64,000 nucleotides of DNA from the NCBI GenBank assembly GCA_023213395.1, contig CM041465.1:248565741-248629740 (forward strand), read 5' to 3'. Origin of the DNA: Cycas panzhihuaensis (taxonomy: Eukaryota > Plantae > Cycadophyta). The notes under the pieces are model-generated. The model was not told the DNA's origin, did not search any database, and saw only the letters and a program-made list of their open reading frames with translations. A program made the translations under genes and the position numbers. This document shows, piece by piece, positions 62,292 to 64,000 of this stretch. Numbering within the stretch: position 1 is the first letter of the stretch; each line of letters starts with the position of its first letter.

Positions 62292-63876
62292 AAAAGGATT
62301 TGATGGAGAGCTCATAGATGTAAATCTAACATGCAAAGTAACAAAGGGTGCGGGAGAAAATACTAGCAGTCACAAATAATTAAAATAATGTGGCCAAAGA
62401 TTTCCAAACGAATACCCAACACTATGATTAAAGAACAGATAAACATATTCAAAGACATAAATAGTAAATCCAAAGAAACACCTTACAGAATAACCACCAA
62501 ACAAAAAATGATCCTTTGAATATATTGACAAAGATATATTAAATAAATAACAAAATATATATATTTGTATTTGAAAAGAAATACATGAGAAACCTAGTAA
62601 ACTATGATAAGTTTATAGTGCAGACTTCTGAGCGAGAGAACCTCTTTCACAATGGATGAATCTCTAAACCGTCTTCTCCAATGAGCATGTGAGCTTGTTA
62701 GAATCTTAACTAGTAGTCATATATAGGTATTTCGCTGAATATATGAGAAGCTAAGTCAATATAAGCAAAATTTGGCTCTAAGACCAAATGATGGAGCTGG
62801 AGGAGCAGAGCAAGACTTTAGAAAGATTGTATCTTGAGTAAACTGGTGATTTCTGATAGTTGGCAGTGTTAAAAAACACCAGGGAGGTATTTCTACCTTT
62901 TAAATAGTGATTTTTGGGAGGCAGCAAGTGCTATCACCTTACCTGCATGTTAGCCAATGGATAATTCAAAATATATTAAAAAATTAAAAATAATAAATGA
63001 AAGTGCATACCTTAAGAAAGTGGTGTCAGCTCCTGGCAAATATTGGGAGGCTCAAGGTGCCTTAGGGGCCCTCAAAGGTGGCTTTGAGGGGCCCTAAGTG
63101 CACATGTGCTTTAATGACACTGGGATTATTCCCAACATACTTATGATATATGTTTAAGGCTTTTCATTTGACCTTCATATAAGCCTTTTTTAAGCTGATT
63201 TTGTAGTAGAAATTTCTTATATACATCTAAGGCAAGTGACAAGCCAAGTGGTCTTATAACTCAAAACATATACAATTCATTTTTTTTGGAAAGTTTCTTC
63301 ATATTCCTTATCTTTCAAAGTGAAAATTATACATATATATTTTAGTTTTTTCAGCATTATATATCTTCTTCAAGGCAAAAAGATTTCTTGCATTACAAAA
63401 AGAAAGCCATTTATAGTTATTTATTTAAAAAATTAAAAGCTTAAAAATTCCTTATTTTTTCATGATCAAAAGTCTTATTTTAGATTTGAATAGTTAAAAA
63501 GATCTTAGTTACATGCAAAATTTACTCTTATATTCATTATATTTTAAAGTATATCTGAAAGGCATATTTCAAAGTTTATTCTAAAGGCATATACTTATTA
63601 AAGCATCTTTTCTATTTATTATTATTGAAAAATTTATTTCTTTATTGCACTTATAAAAGTTGTATCTAGTTGATTTATTTTCTAAAGGCATCTTTCATTT
63701 TTTCAAAGGCATTGTGATTACTTACATAGTTCTTTCAAAGAGTATATTTGAAAATATATAAGTTTATTGATTTATTGAGTTTTTTTATTCATTCTAAAAA
63801 GTGTATATTTTGTTCAGAAATATAAAAAAGTTCACTTATAAAAGTATATTTTTTATGTACTAAAGTTTTCAATAAA

Positions 63877-64000
63877 ATGGCAATCAATCTAAATAAAATA
63901 TAATTTCCTATATTTGATGGTCATAATTTTACACAATGGCATAAAACAATGCAAAATTATTTTATTACAAATGATCTTTGGAATAGTTACAAAATGAATA
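63877..64000 (+). pseudogene. N-terminus of copia gag (host element)
   Basis: MAINLNKI*FPIFDGHNFTQWHKTMQNYFITNDLWN; same type as the gag at 58212 (FDRNNFLNW...ANDIWD). Confidence 0.85.

Larger units (their letters stand above)
46069..63137 (-). mobile_element. Ty1/copia LTR retrotransposon with a ~4.6-kb 5' leader, split in RT by a younger copia
   Basis: LTRs 46069-46417 and 62789-63137; TSD CACTT/TACTT; PBS TGGTCTTAGAGCC 62774-62786 (minus); PPT ATGGAGGAGAA 46418-46428 (minus). Confidence 0.95.
42957..64000 (+). mobile_element. Ty1/copia element: 5' LTR, long leader and gag start; runs off the window; host of the 46069-63137 insertion
   Basis: LTR 42957-43406 starting TGTTGGGG; three tandem PBS copies 43347-43420; leader homologous to the reverse complement of parts of 58900-61000; gag ATG at 63877. 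Confidence 0.8.

Overview
AT-rich, CpG-depleted plant heterochromatin built almost entirely of nested, degenerate retrotransposons. A gymnosperm origin is inferred from the Tat element with aRH placed before RT and from a chromovirus remnant resembling conifer IFG-type elements. No intact host gene is present. Contents: (1) a minus-strand Ty3/gypsy Tat-type element whose 3' region carries an antisense, apparently intron-containing plant-mobile-domain ORF; it is interrupted by a solo LTR and two non-autonomous LTR elements, one of which carries intronless fragments of host mRNAs (a RAD6/UBC2-like E2, AP-4 epsilon adaptin and an unidentified protein); (2) a plus-strand Tat element (aRH-RT-RH-INT) split by a copia that itself contains a small gypsy derivative; (3) a chromovirus remnant split by another copia; (4) a LINE ORF1 remnant hit by three copias nested one inside another. 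Best leads: a ~450-nt structured non-coding module lying just upstream of gag in two otherwise dissimilar copia families and absent from a close relative of one of them (IRES- or packaging-like cassette?); LTRs that have incorporated extra tRNA-iMet primer-binding-site copies; and multi-gene mRNA capture by a non-autonomous LTR element. All alignments and translations were done by eye, so coordinates of degenerate domains are approximate.
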